Shown: piece by piece, positions 8,673 through 18,693 of the stretch
Layout: each line of letters starts with the position of its first letter
Position numbering within the stretch: the first letter of the stretch is position 1
Virus record (IMG/VR): IMGVR_UViG_3300017913_001966
Span: 1-35,841 of that record
Strand: one strand, 5' to 3'
Origin: a virus
Lineage: Duplodnaviria > Caudoviricetes
Length of the DNA stretch: 35,841 nucleotides
Position numbers and translations under genes: made by a program
Notes under the pieces: generated by a model
What the model saw: the letters and a program-made list of their open reading frames with translations, nothing else
Database searches by the model: none
What the model was told of the DNA's origin: nothing

Positions 8673-10199
8673 CTAGTCTTCTGTTGCTGATATATTTACT
8701 CGTGCACTGTCTACTGCTGTAACACGTTGAAACAATTGATTGTCATTTACATCGGTGCCTTCAAAAAAGTTATCAGGATTTGCTTCACGCAATCCTACAA
8801 TCAAATCTACAAAACTTTTTTCTAAATGTATACCACAGCGTATGATGTTGGGCAAGTAGCTGTACAAATTACTGCTGTAAAACAGTGTTGTCTTGTCCTT
8901 GGGTACATACTCTAATATTTTATCAATGTCATACACCATATCCAAGTGTACAAATTCAAATTCGCACTCTGTGGTGATGCGTTGCCAAAATTCAATCCAG
9001 TTGTCGTACCCTCCGCAGATGTCGTACAGCAAATTCATACGCTCTGGAATTTGATGACCGTTGTGTGAATTGTAGCCGTTCTTTTCACACCAGTCCAGTG
9101 CAACACGTTCATAGTTGTGCCCATTCCAATTTTCAACCAAGTATTGTTTTAGCTCAACTGCGGCTTTGCTGATGTCGTACCATACCACTTTTGTGCCCGG
9201 CTCCCAACCGTGATGATACATATGATGCAAAAGTTTCCATCCAGCTGCAACACCAACATAGTTGTTGAATTTAGCAAGATTGTTTTTGTCCATTGCTGTG
9301 TACCAGTTGTCATTGGTAACTTCTGTGTTGATCAAGTAGATAAAGTTTTCTGCACTTTGGAACACATAGTTTTGCAACCAAATAGCATCTTCGTCTACAT
9401 GGTCCTTTACTTGATCCCAAGTTTGTGCACCAGTGAGCAAGTCCTGTAGATGTTCACTGCCTTCTTCCGGATACACACTTACCTTGTTGCAGCGTAGATT
9501 ATCTGGCAAATTCCACACACGATATCTGTTGTTCAATGCACGTACAATCAACACATTGCCTGGCTCATCCACAAACTCCACTTGATTTTCTGGTATAAAT
9601 CCTGGTAGTCCGTCGACATAGGTAGGAGTATAGTTGTCGTGTATGTGTTCTTTGCTGGGCTCATAATTGGCACATGCATTTGCACTCCAGCCTTGATCCA
9701 AATCAGGCCAACCAATTTCGCTCCATGCTTGCAAGTTCAATATCAAACACTGATGATGCCAATGTGGATAATCATACTGCTTTACATCGCTGCGCCAGCT
9801 GGTAACTTCTGCTCTTCTGTCATCTTTGCTGTTGTACTTTCTGTCCAATAAAATGTGTCCTGCAACAGCCCAATCTTCTTCCCCTTTGTTCCATTCGTCA
9901 ATGGTCTTGAGCAACTCCATGTTCCATGTTTCTTCTGTAGGCCAGCAACCGTCGTACCAAACAACTGCATAACGTTTTCCAATGTCATACATGTGTTTCA
10001 TCCAATAACGATCATGTGAAACATTCAGTTCAACAAAATCTCCACGCAGGCTATTTTGTGCTTCAATCATTTGAATCTGATTCAGTTTGGTTTTCAGTGT
10101 AGGCCATTTTGCAGTGAGTCTGCTGTCACGTATAAACACGTTTACAATTGGCCAGGCACTGTCTCTGTTGTAGTAAATGTAAGTTTGGTTGGTTAGCAT
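8673..10199 (-). CDS. Hypothetical two-domain protein (possible glycosyltransferase-like N-terminus plus Rossmann methyltransferase-like C-terminus)
   Basis: Likely start ATG at 10199 (TAATG overlap with the upstream stop), about 508 aa. N-half: AVVWYDG, VAGHIL, HQCLILNL. C-half: YVGVAAG...VVWYDIS...LFYSSNLYSY. Confidence 0.55.
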   Translation of the reverse strand: MLTNQTYIYYNRDSAWPIVNVFIRDSRLTAKWPTLKTKLNQIQMIEAQNSLRGDFVELNVSHDRYWMKHMYDIGKRYAVVWYDGCWPTEETWNMELLKTIDEWNKGEEDWAVAGHILLDRKYNSKDDRRAEVTSWRSDVKQYDYPHWHHQCLILNLQAWSEIGWPDLDQGWSANACANYEPSKEHIHDNYTPTYVDGLPGFIPENQVEFVDEPGNVLIVRALNNRYRVWNLPDNLRCNKVSVYPEEGSEHLQDLLTGAQTWDQVKDHVDEDAIWLQNYVFQSAENFIYLINTEVTNDNWYTAMDKNNLAKFNNYVGVAAGWKLLHHMYHHGWEPGTKVVWYDISKAAVELKQYLVENWNGHNYERVALDWCEKNGYNSHNGHQIPERMNLLYDICGGYDNWIEFWQRITTECEFEFVHLDMVYDIDKILEYVPKDKTTLFYSSNLYSYLPNIIRCGIHLEKSFVDLIVGLREANPDNFFEGTDVNDNQLFQRVTAVDSARVNISATED

Positions 10200-11371
10200 T
10201 AGATATCCAAATATTTTTTCAACAGACCTTCTAGTGTGTCTGTGTCGTTGTAGCGTTTTTCCAGTGCACGTGCATATGGCACTGTTTTCTTTTCCCAAAG
10301 TTTACTACGATCGTTTGATTGCAAATACTTTACAATGTGTTCAAATCTACCATCTGCTTGTAATTTCTCAATCACAGCGTTGCGTATTGGTTCTGGATAA
10401 ACACCGATGTTTAGATACTTTGGGGTTTGTAACATGTATGCACCAATGTGAAACCAATCAATTCCCATGCTTTCAAAATAATCATAAAACTCTGGAAGCT
10501 GAAAACAGTTGAATGCTTGCACAGTAAATCCAAGTCCTAGACTGACATTTACTGGAGATGCATACAGTGTTCTAATGTTACTTATCACATCATCAAACTG
10601 GGCTCCTGTGCGAATATAATCATAGACGTCACCGACTCCGTCTACACTGATCTTTACTTGCACATGTCTAAATTGACTCCAAAGGTCAATCAAGTTGTTG
10701 TCCTTAAACTTTAGATGTGTTAGGTTGCTGGCATAACGCAGTTGTATACGGTGACGTCTATGTTTGGGAATACTGTTCAGTAAATCATAGTGTTCCTGAT
10801 TGATAATAGGCTCGCCTCCTGAAAATTGTAGCCTATCAACATCTTCCCAAAGATCCGGATCGTTTTGTAGATATTCATACAGTTCCAACGGACGTAGCAG
10901 TCTTGTTTCGTGTTGAAATTCTGCATCTTCTGGTGAGTACTTGCGTATGATATCCAAATCATGTGTGCGCTTGTAACTGCTTTCTGTACTGCACATTTTG
11001 CATTTCAAGTTACAAAAGTTTGACACCTTGCTTTCAATCCACATGGGTGCAGTTTCTACAGTGCCATCTTCAAACGCTACAATCTTGTCGGCATAATCAT
11101 CCCAAAAATCTTGTTCGTTGATTTGTCTATTGCTGTCTATGCCATTGGCTTCATTGTGCCAACAAACATGACAAGCAGGGTGTTGTTCACCTGCCATCAG
11201 TGATTGGCGTAGCTCTCGGTAGCGTTCACCGTTCCAAGTGTCACGCAAACTTTCGCCTGGCTTGTTCATGTATGCTTCTTGTGCTTCGCAACAAGGAACA
11301 ACGTCACCGCCGGCACTGGTGTAAATGTGCATCCAAGGCAGGATACACATGGTAGGTCCTTTTTCAATCAT
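10199..11371 (-). CDS. Radical SAM protein with N-terminal twitch/SPASM-like Cys domain
   Basis: MCILPW...VPCC...CHVC, then SNFCNLKCKMC, FSGGEP and SVDG. The start at 11371 forms an ATGA overlap with the upstream stop. Confidence 0.9.
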   Translation of the reverse strand: MIEKGPTMCILPWMHIYTSAGGDVVPCCEAQEAYMNKPGESLRDTWNGERYRELRQSLMAGEQHPACHVCWHNEANGIDSNRQINEQDFWDDYADKIVAFEDGTVETAPMWIESKVSNFCNLKCKMCSTESSYKRTHDLDIIRKYSPEDAEFQHETRLLRPLELYEYLQNDPDLWEDVDRLQFSGGEPIINQEHYDLLNSIPKHRRHRIQLRYASNLTHLKFKDNNLIDLWSQFRHVQVKISVDGVGDVYDYIRTGAQFDDVISNIRTLYASPVNVSLGLGFTVQAFNCFQLPEFYDYFESMGIDWFHIGAYMLQTPKYLNIGVYPEPIRNAVIEKLQADGRFEHIVKYLQSNDRSKLWEKKTVPYARALEKRYNDTDTLEGLLKKYLDI

Positions 11372-12501
11372 AGTTCTAATAACCGCCACAGTCTATCAAA
11401 TGTTGTGTCAAGATCGTCGCCACGCAGTTTTGCTAGACGATCTATTTCTTTACGCAGTGTTTGCGGATCATCATTTGATCCAGTGCGTTTTAGCATCTTT
11501 TGTAATTTTTTATGATACTTGATAAATTTGTCTACTTTGGGATGATACTGGCTGAATTGTATTTCCAATAGATATGATATTCTATCTTTTACCCAGTCTG
11601 GCCATACAGCGATACCCAAGTGTTTAGGTTCAAACACAGTTTGCAACATTACGTTGATGCCATGCCGACCTCTAAAATAGTGCACTAGGTCGTATATGTA
11701 AAGAATGTTTAAGATACCAACTGTGGCAGCAACTTGCACTGTTACTGGCGAGTTTGCAGCCGTGTGCTGTTCGAGCCACTGTGCAAATATCTGTTCGCTG
11801 CGTATCCAGTCTGCATTTTTACGCAAGTGTTCGAATTGATCATCCAATGCATCAATGCTCAATGAAATATCAACACGTCTGAATTTCAACAAACTCTGTT
11901 CGTCTAGTTTAGCAGGATAAAAAGTACAGTTGGTGAATATTTCAATGTCTATGTGACCTGCATCGCCGCTGAGTGCAAGACGCTTGATCAAATTCAAAAA
12001 CTGTCTGTGCAGAAATGGTTCTCCGCCAGTTACTTTGATAAACTGTATATTTTTGAAAATACTAATATCAATGTTGTCTAGATCATATTCGTTTACATAG
12101 TTGTCACGCACTGTCATGCCCATTGCACGACTGTCATCGTCCCACTTGTTGCTCCAATCACTATCACAAGTAACACAGCGTAGATTGCACAGTCTGCCTA
12201 CAACAATTTCCATGCCTGCAAATTCTACATCATCGTTGTCCCACAGCTCGAAACTTTCGTCTCGCATGCTTTTGTTGCCGTTCTTTTCATCTTCGTAGCA
12301 CTTCCAGCACCCAGGTACATATTCATTGTTCAACATCTTTTCACGTATGTCTGTGAATAGATTGTCAAAGTCAGTGATATCACCTTTGTCACGTTCGTCT
12401 AAAAAGTTGTGATTGAAACGGCAACAAGGCATCGCAGGATCGTTGGGCGTGACCTGTGCATGCTTGAATGGGTATCTGCAGTGAAACTTACCTTCAGTCA
12501 A
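11368..12501 (-). CDS. Radical SAM protein with N-terminal twitch/SPASM-like Cys domain
   Basis: HCRYPF...MPCC...CWKC, then GRLCNLRCVTC, VTGGEPF and FTN. Probable TTG start at 12501; the ORF extends in frame to 12603. Confidence 0.9.
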   Translation of the reverse strand: MTEGKFHCRYPFKHAQVTPNDPAMPCCRFNHNFLDERDKGDITDFDNLFTDIREKMLNNEYVPGCWKCYEDEKNGNKSMRDESFELWDNDDVEFAGMEIVVGRLCNLRCVTCDSDWSNKWDDDSRAMGMTVRDNYVNEYDLDNIDISIFKNIQFIKVTGGEPFLHRQFLNLIKRLALSGDAGHIDIEIFTNCTFYPAKLDEQSLLKFRRVDISLSIDALDDQFEHLRKNADWIRSEQIFAQWLEQHTAANSPVTVQVAATVGILNILYIYDLVHYFRGRHGINVMLQTVFEPKHLGIAVWPDWVKDRISYLLEIQFSQYHPKVDKFIKYHKKLQKMLKRTGSNDDPQTLRKEIDRLAKLRGDDLDTTFDRLWRLLEL

Positions 12502-13393
12502 ATGTTTTGTGCTTCTTGACGTGCTTGATATGTTTTCTAATGTTGATGCGGTTGTAGGTTCCATCTCTGTTGTACTCGTTCCAGTCTTCATCGCCTTTGG
12601 CAATGTGAACTGTTTTACTGCGTTCTAATCCATAGTGTTCGCAGACTCGTGTGGCCCATTTACTGTAGGTTTCTGGTATAGTGTCTGGACCAAAATTACG
12701 TATCAGTTCCAATCCAATACGTGTGTTTAGGTGAATGCCATGATGCCATTCTGTCTGTAGATGCAAGCTGGAATAGTCTTCTCTAGTAAACACCATTCCA
12801 GCTCGCCAATTACCCGAACTCAAACCTTTAGTAGTACTGAATGCAACTGCTTGAATAGGCTGGTGTGCTAGCTTTGCTTCCAAATCTTCGCAACAACCAA
12901 ACCAAGCACAATCAACATATATTGGTATGTCCTTGTCCTCGCATTCCTTCAACAGCCATTTCCACTGTGCGGGCTTGTCTCCTGTACCACTGAAAGGTAT
13001 GCTGATGATGACAGCATCACCCGGTTCCAGCGGTGCGTTCTCAATATATTGTGTGTGCGACCAGTTGTATGCAACATCTCTGTGATAAGGATATTCTCCT
13101 TTGAACACACGCAGTCGTTGTCCGCGGCTTGCAATCATAAAGTGCCACCAGTCAAATGCTTGTGTAGTACCCAAGCTGATTACTCTGTGCGGAAAATGAT
13201 CCAAGTCCAGTCCACGGAAACTGTTCAGTTTACTGCTGGCGATCCATTCTGGGTATTCAATTAAGAAACTGTCCTGTGCCTGAGGCAGATCAGAAGCGTC
13301 TATGCGATTCCAAAAGCCACTGTCCTTTAGATAATCAAAGTATGGATTGTGCCAGATACTGTTGGCAGATTTTTCAAAGTTCGGGATTGTCAT
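12494..13393 (-). CDS. PLP-dependent fold-type I (class I/II aminotransferase-like) enzyme
   Basis: GTTQAFD, YVDCAW (PLP-binding Asp) and FSTTKG...WRAG (Schiff-base Lys motif). Confidence 0.8.
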   Translation of the reverse strand: MTIPNFEKSANSIWHNPYFDYLKDSGFWNRIDASDLPQAQDSFLIEYPEWIASSKLNSFRGLDLDHFPHRVISLGTTQAFDWWHFMIASRGQRLRVFKGEYPYHRDVAYNWSHTQYIENAPLEPGDAVIISIPFSGTGDKPAQWKWLLKECEDKDIPIYVDCAWFGCCEDLEAKLAHQPIQAVAFSTTKGLSSGNWRAGMVFTREDYSSLHLQTEWHHGIHLNTRIGLELIRNFGPDTIPETYSKWATRVCEHYGLERSKTVHIAKGDEDWNEYNRDGTYNRINIRKHIKHVKKHKTFD

Positions 13394-14621
13394 AATATTT
13401 TTCGTGCCAGTATTTCAATTGGGGAGTCAACTCAAAGTAACGTGTATCACGTATACGATCCAAGTCTCCCATGTATTTCAAAAAATGTTTGAAACGCTTC
13501 ATGCGTTCTTCTTCAGTGAATTTTGGTGTTGTTAGGCTTTTTATCACATTGTGTATGCCGGTGTTGTATTCACCCCCTGCTCTGTATTCTAGTGTCTGCG
13601 GTATCAGTTGCACTTTAGCAAGTGCTTCTCGTTTGATATCCGCAGGCAATACATCAATGTCCAAATAGCGTGGACTAACAACAGTGTTGCTAAACGAAAA
13701 CTCAACACCATAATCCAAGTATGGTTTCAGCCAACGCCATACATCAAGTAAATGCATAACATTGGCACTCATAGTAGTTATCGCAAAGCAGATACGAAGA
13801 TTTGGAATATCCAAAAATTGTTGTATGTTTGTTTCCAGATCTTCGGCTGTATAGTTGCCTCCACGTAGCAAACTGTACATTTCCGCTGCACCTTCGATGC
13901 TGATGTACAACTGTACTTCTTCAAAATGCGGAAACAGTTCTAAAAACTCTGGGTCAAGAACTGTGGCATTTGTGCTAATATCTAGTGTGATATTTTTGGA
14001 AGTTCCATTGTCCACAAACTTTCGTAGTAGATGCAGGTTATGTTTTTCGTATAATGGTTCGCCCCCACGCAAGGCGACAAAACGTAGATTACGGAAGTGA
14101 TGCATATCAGCAAACAGGTTGTCAATGCAGCCAAGATCAAGCCTACCCCATGGTGCCGTTTTACTACGCCAGTCTCTGTGTTGTAATCGTTTTTCATCTT
14201 TGATCCATGCTGTGCTAACTTCTCCTGAACAGTGCACACATTTCAAGTTGCACACATTACTGGTTGTAAAATCCAGGTATACAATGTCCGGATCTGCATC
14301 TGCTGTAACTGGTCTGCTTTTTAGCTCGTGTGGAAATATATCCCAAAAATAATGTCGTCTGCTTTTGCCAACTAGCTTGTCTTTTTTCTGACAAGTTTCA
14401 CATGCAGGATTGTATTGTCGTGCTTGCATGTCTTTGCGCAGTTGATGTGCTGATTCGCTGTGCCAAAGTTCGCCCAGTGTGTTTTCATACAAGCTGCCGT
14501 ATTCGCCTTTGTAGTGCATGTCTGGACTTATACGTCCATCTGGATGCACTGTAATACAGTTCCACGGCGCTAGACACAGCGGATTGGGCGCATCATAAAA
14601 GTTGTTATAGATAAGACTCAC
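13374..14621 (-). CDS. Radical SAM protein with variant N-terminal twitch/SPASM domain
   Basis: LCLAPW...ISPDMH (where paralogs have CC)...CETC, then SNVCNLKCVHC, LRGGEPL and STNA. Confidence 0.9.
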   Translation of the reverse strand: MSLIYNNFYDAPNPLCLAPWNCITVHPDGRISPDMHYKGEYGSLYENTLGELWHSESAHQLRKDMQARQYNPACETCQKKDKLVGKSRRHYFWDIFPHELKSRPVTADADPDIVYLDFTTSNVCNLKCVHCSGEVSTAWIKDEKRLQHRDWRSKTAPWGRLDLGCIDNLFADMHHFRNLRFVALRGGEPLYEKHNLHLLRKFVDNGTSKNITLDISTNATVLDPEFLELFPHFEEVQLYISIEGAAEMYSLLRGGNYTAEDLETNIQQFLDIPNLRICFAITTMSANVMHLLDVWRWLKPYLDYGVEFSFSNTVVSPRYLDIDVLPADIKREALAKVQLIPQTLEYRAGGEYNTGIHNVIKSLTTPKFTEEERMKRFKHFLKYMGDLDRIRDTRYFELTPQLKYWHEKYYDNPEL

Positions 14622-15663
14622 GGTTACCTTCTCGTACTATGTCACTTGTAAGGCAGTGAATACCGCCGTCCCAAAAATATTGATGCCGCCACTTCCAATA
14701 AACTGTATTGATGCCACGCTTTTCAATATCCGTGCGTACTTTTTTATCGTCGCCAGTTACAATAACTGTTTCTTCATCAATACTAAACACGTTTACATCA
14801 AACACCGATTCGTCTGCATAGCCAATCCAGTGTGAAAGCCACTTGCTTACATATTCTCTGTGGAATCTTCGTTTGCGTGTCTGCAAAAAATCTTCAGGCA
14901 TATCATGTGTGTCGTCTACTTCAATGATATCCCAGCTTTTTAGTTCATCAGGCACCCAATCACGGTTCCATGTCATCAGCACACCTGGTTTGAGCAGTGC
15001 AATCTTACCATCAATATGACCACCAACAGGTATGTCAATAAAACGTGTGTTAGGATACAGTCTATTCACCATACGTGCAATCCATTCTCTGCCGTAGGTT
15101 GTGCCTTTGCCACGTTTTTGATCACCGGCCCATGGTTGACTACACAATACTGTGTCGCCTAGCTTGATCATATTGGCTGCATGATAGATTAGTTTTTCTT
15201 GTGCTTCAAATTTATCATAGCCTTGACCAGTGTTTATCTGTACACCTGGCATGCTGATCCATTCTTGTCCAGTCATCCAGTGATGAAAGTTGATGTGATG
15301 ATAGGCCATGTTTTCAAAATAGCGATTGTCCGATCCTGTAAACATTTCAAACATGGTGTTGCCATATGGAAACAGTGTGTCTCTGGGCATCAACGGATGG
15401 TTAGGATATCCGCACTGCATCCAAGGCAACTTGACTTGCTCCTCGCCATTGATTGTAAAAATGTTCTTAGGGCGGGCAACTTTTACTCCAGCGTCTTTGA
15501 AGATTTTCACAAGCTCTTGTAAATCTTCTTCTGTTTCTTCAAAGATTTGACGCATCACTTCACGCTGTTCACGATTGCCGTGCCAGTCAAATGTCTCAGG
15601 CGGAAATGCTCTGCCTAAGATTACTTTTTTAAGAGGTTGAAACTCTGTCCATGCATTGATCAT
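14605..15663 (-). CDS. Amidinotransferase (glycine / inosamine-phosphate amidinotransferase family)
   Basis: NAWTEFQPLKKVILG, MPRD, HIDG and a C-terminal GGIHCLT (catalytic Cys). Confidence 0.88.
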   Translation of the reverse strand: MINAWTEFQPLKKVILGRAFPPETFDWHGNREQREVMRQIFEETEEDLQELVKIFKDAGVKVARPKNIFTINGEEQVKLPWMQCGYPNHPLMPRDTLFPYGNTMFEMFTGSDNRYFENMAYHHINFHHWMTGQEWISMPGVQINTGQGYDKFEAQEKLIYHAANMIKLGDTVLCSQPWAGDQKRGKGTTYGREWIARMVNRLYPNTRFIDIPVGGHIDGKIALLKPGVLMTWNRDWVPDELKSWDIIEVDDTHDMPEDFLQTRKRRFHREYVSKWLSHWIGYADESVFDVNVFSIDEETVIVTGDDKKVRTDIEKRGINTVYWKWRHQYFWDGGIHCLTSDIVREGNRESYL

Positions 15664-16475
15664 AGTTTTGAAATCCTGTTTGGTACACCCAACTCAGGGT
15701 GCTGTAAGCTGTTGACCACAATGTCTGCTTCATAACACTGTAGTTTGTTTCCAAATATAATTTGATGAGATATCCACTGTGCATTGAAGAACCAAATAGC
15801 ACCCGGAGGCAAGCTCACGTAGTGTCGTGGAAGATAGAACTGATCCCATTTGTCTGCATTCCAAATACAGCGGTCTCTCAGTTCTTGAATAAATTCTTGG
15901 TAATTGCTTTTGTCCAGTTCGTGCAGATGTTTTTCATCATAATACATGCTGAACAACTGTTCTACATCATAGCTGAATGCAAGTATACGTGGCTTTTTTC
16001 TGTCCAAGTTTAGGAACATGCGAATTTGGTGATCGTCGCCTGTGTGTTCTTCGTCTGGCAAATCCAAATGCAAGTTGTTTTGAATAAGTTGATTGTAACG
16101 ATGCGACAGCATACGTGCCTTTACATCGTACTTGGGGAAACAACGATCAAAGAATGCATCCCAATGCTTTTGATCTTGTCTGTGTCGTTTCAAAAAACTT
16201 TCGCTGTCCAATCCCATATCACGTGTGGGTGCATCTTTTTTCAAATCGCTGAGATACCAAGGCTTTACCCAAGCGTTTGCTTCAGTATACCATTCGGGTA
16301 GATCAGCATAATAATCCATGTCCACACCGTCAATCATGTGTCCGTCAATGATAACTGGATCACCTGATTCAAATGCTTCGTACATGTTGTCATAGATGTT
16401 GTCATTTGCTCCAAAGTAGTGCACTCTAAATTCGTGCTGAGCATCTTTGTCGATTGCAAATTGTGTTGTTAGCAT
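15660..16475 (-). CDS. Kdo hydroxylase (KdoO)-like Fe(II)/2OG dioxygenase
   Basis: LHLD...IRMFLNLD...PR and LPPGAIWFFNAQWISHQIIFG follow the Kdo_hydroxy family pattern (LHxD...RxFxN...PPGxxW...SH...G). Confidence 0.7.
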   Translation of the reverse strand: MLTTQFAIDKDAQHEFRVHYFGANDNIYDNMYEAFESGDPVIIDGHMIDGVDMDYYADLPEWYTEANAWVKPWYLSDLKKDAPTRDMGLDSESFLKRHRQDQKHWDAFFDRCFPKYDVKARMLSHRYNQLIQNNLHLDLPDEEHTGDDHQIRMFLNLDRKKPRILAFSYDVEQLFSMYYDEKHLHELDKSNYQEFIQELRDRCIWNADKWDQFYLPRHYVSLPPGAIWFFNAQWISHQIIFGNKLQCYEADIVVNSLQHPELGVPNRISKL

Positions 16476-17722
16476 TATACTATTCCTAGCTGTTCTTTTA
16501 TTTTAGCATATTCTGGGCTCACTGTCAATACGTCATCGCCTCTAAACAGATCGTATGTATCAGTTACACGCACATAGTCACGCATGTGTTTTTCACTGTA
16601 CACGTGTTTTGGATCTTCGGCAAATTGCACACAGTCCATCAGTGCTTCTTCCCATGTTTCATAATGTTCACTGCCTTTTATTTTTTCAAGCAGTGCGTAA
16701 ATCTTTTCTTTTTGTTGTTCACGCAACCAGCGTGGTGCGTACTGCATGCTATAGTAAGCAGGTTCAATCAACTGGTTACTGCTGAGTCCAATGCCACGCT
16801 TTTGTGTGGTTTGATAGTCGTGTAAGAACTCAAAGAAGTCTGGTAAATGCAGTGCATTGGTGATTTGGTTCACAGTTGTTACACGTACTTTGATGCGCTT
16901 GCCTGCTTTGGTGCTGGCAAAGTCCATCAACTTGGTAAAGTTTTTCCACACACTATCCCAATTGCTAGGAGGACGCAGGTAATCATTCATAGCACCCATG
17001 CCTTCCAAACTGCAATTCACAACCACACGTTTGAATTGTCCAAGTTGCTCCAGCCATCGATCCTGCATGTTTGTGATGTTAGTGTAGAACGAAAGCTCAA
17101 TGTTCTCGGCATACCCGTTCTCTGTGCAATAGTCCAAGAGTGTGAACATGTCCTTGCTTACCGTAGGCTCACCACCGATCATTTTGATCTCACGTGCATG
17201 CGGGATCATTGGTTCAAATGTCTCCCAGTCAATACCAGGTTGCAACAGTGCTGCTTTTTTGTCGCTGGTTATACGTTCCCAGTCTTCGTGTTCCAAAGGC
17301 TTGCCCTGCTGCGCTACTATTTGTGCTCGCTCTACACTAACAAGATGGCTTGCATCCTTGTTGCACATTTGACACTGTAGATTGCACAGGTTACCCAGTC
17401 TAAAGTCAAATTGCACAGGTTGTGCCACCGTTTCGTCCAAGTCGGCAACATACTCGCCCCACTTGTGATTTTCCCATTGTCTGCTACTGCCAATGCCATT
17501 GCGTTCCAAATGTTCGCATTCTACACATTCAGGACGCCATTTGCCCTCCAACATGTCTTTGCGCACTGTACGCATGTAGTCACTGTTCCAAATTTCTTCC
17601 ATGCTCATATCAAATTGATTGAGCTCTTGTTCGGGTTCTTTTGCCATACAGCAAAGTCTATAGCGTCCGTGATTGTATGTACTGTATTGTACAAATGGTA
17701 GTGCGCAGAATCCGCCCTTCAT
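16475..17722 (-). CDS. Radical SAM protein with N-terminal twitch/SPASM-like Cys domain
   Basis: FCALPF...RLCC...CVEC, then DFRLGNLCNLQCQMC, IGGEPT and YTN. Confidence 0.92.
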   Translation of the reverse strand: MKGGFCALPFVQYSTYNHGRYRLCCMAKEPEQELNQFDMSMEEIWNSDYMRTVRKDMLEGKWRPECVECEHLERNGIGSSRQWENHKWGEYVADLDETVAQPVQFDFRLGNLCNLQCQMCNKDASHLVSVERAQIVAQQGKPLEHEDWERITSDKKAALLQPGIDWETFEPMIPHAREIKMIGGEPTVSKDMFTLLDYCTENGYAENIELSFYTNITNMQDRWLEQLGQFKRVVVNCSLEGMGAMNDYLRPPSNWDSVWKNFTKLMDFASTKAGKRIKVRVTTVNQITNALHLPDFFEFLHDYQTTQKRGIGLSSNQLIEPAYYSMQYAPRWLREQQKEKIYALLEKIKGSEHYETWEEALMDCVQFAEDPKHVYSEKHMRDYVRVTDTYDLFRGDDVLTVSPEYAKIKEQLGIV

Positions 17723-18693
17723 CTATGTTTCCTTGTTCTCATATCAGTTGCATTCATACAACGTGGTTGTTCGCATACAATAGGATCTGTTGGCCAACGG
17801 ATTTCATCTATACGATCTAAAAAGCCTATGATATTGAAATGTGTTCCTTGTGGACACCAGCTACCTGCGGTAATTTCTCTCCATACATTTATAAAGATTT
17901 TATCTATACCTATATAGCATTTCATACCTGTAAACACATTGTTATTTTCATTTATCAGTTTGTTTGCATTCAAACTAACACTGCCTTCGGTTGTAACCAG
18001 TGTATGATTTACTGCAATACGATCAGGCTTGGGCAATGGATAAACCCATGACTCATCGTAGGTGTTGAATAAACTGTATTGTTGCAGTATATATTCTTGC
18101 TCAGGCGAGTATTCGTAACTCTCACTGCCAAAGTTTTTGCGTAATCTTTTTAGACTAACTGCATATCCGTTTGCATTACTAGCCAATAATTCTGCTGCTG
18201 CAATACTTTTATCCCACGTATCGGGTGCTATAGGAATTAGCACATTTAGTTCGTTTACGCCAGGATTGTGATATTCAAGTGCTACATCTAGTATATGATT
18301 TGGATCACACTGCTCTATGTGCACACTCATATTTACCGTGTCAATAAGATGCTTGTTTTTCTTCCACCAGTTGACAGTTCTACTACCATTGGTAATAATA
18401 CTGATCAAGTTGCCTGGTCTTTTGTTTTTGATTGCAGTTATAAATTTTTCAAACTGTGGCATCACTGTGGGTTCACCGCCACTTAGAACATACTGTATAG
18501 GACGATCAAAATGTTGATCGCATGTGTCTAGTACTGTGGTCCACAGTTGTTCGTCTGGCCAAGCAATAGCACCATCGTGTAACATTGTTGGACAATAACT
18601 GCAACTGTAGTTGCAGGTAGTGCCCATGCTCCAATCAACGATGGCTGTATTCTGCTGAGGTATTATTTCAAGTAAATTGGGCTCCAAACGCAT
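17719..18693 (-). CDS. Radical SAM protein with C-terminal Cys-rich domain
   Basis: WSMGTTCNYSCSYC, LSGGEPT and TNGSR. C-terminal CYIG...SWC...VCEQPRC. A GGAG SD precedes ATG 18693. Confidence 0.9.
   Translation of the reverse strand: MRLEPNLLEIIPQQNTAIVDWSMGTTCNYSCSYCPTMLHDGAIAWPDEQLWTTVLDTCDQHFDRPIQYVLSGGEPTVMPQFEKFITAIKNKRPGNLISIITNGSRTVNWWKKNKHLIDTVNMSVHIEQCDPNHILDVALEYHNPGVNELNVLIPIAPDTWDKSIAAAELLASNANGYAVSLKRLRKNFGSESYEYSPEQEYILQQYSLFNTYDESWVYPLPKPDRIAVNHTLVTTEGSVSLNANKLINENNNVFTGMKCYIGIDKIFINVWREITAGSWCPQGTHFNIIGFLDRIDEIRWPTDPIVCEQPRCMNATDMRTRKHR

Noticed and set aside
10200-10298. Long N-terminal extensions in the ORF track (also 12502-12603 and 25110-25220)
   Set aside because: They overlap upstream genes extensively. 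Downstream starts with stop/start coupling are more plausible.
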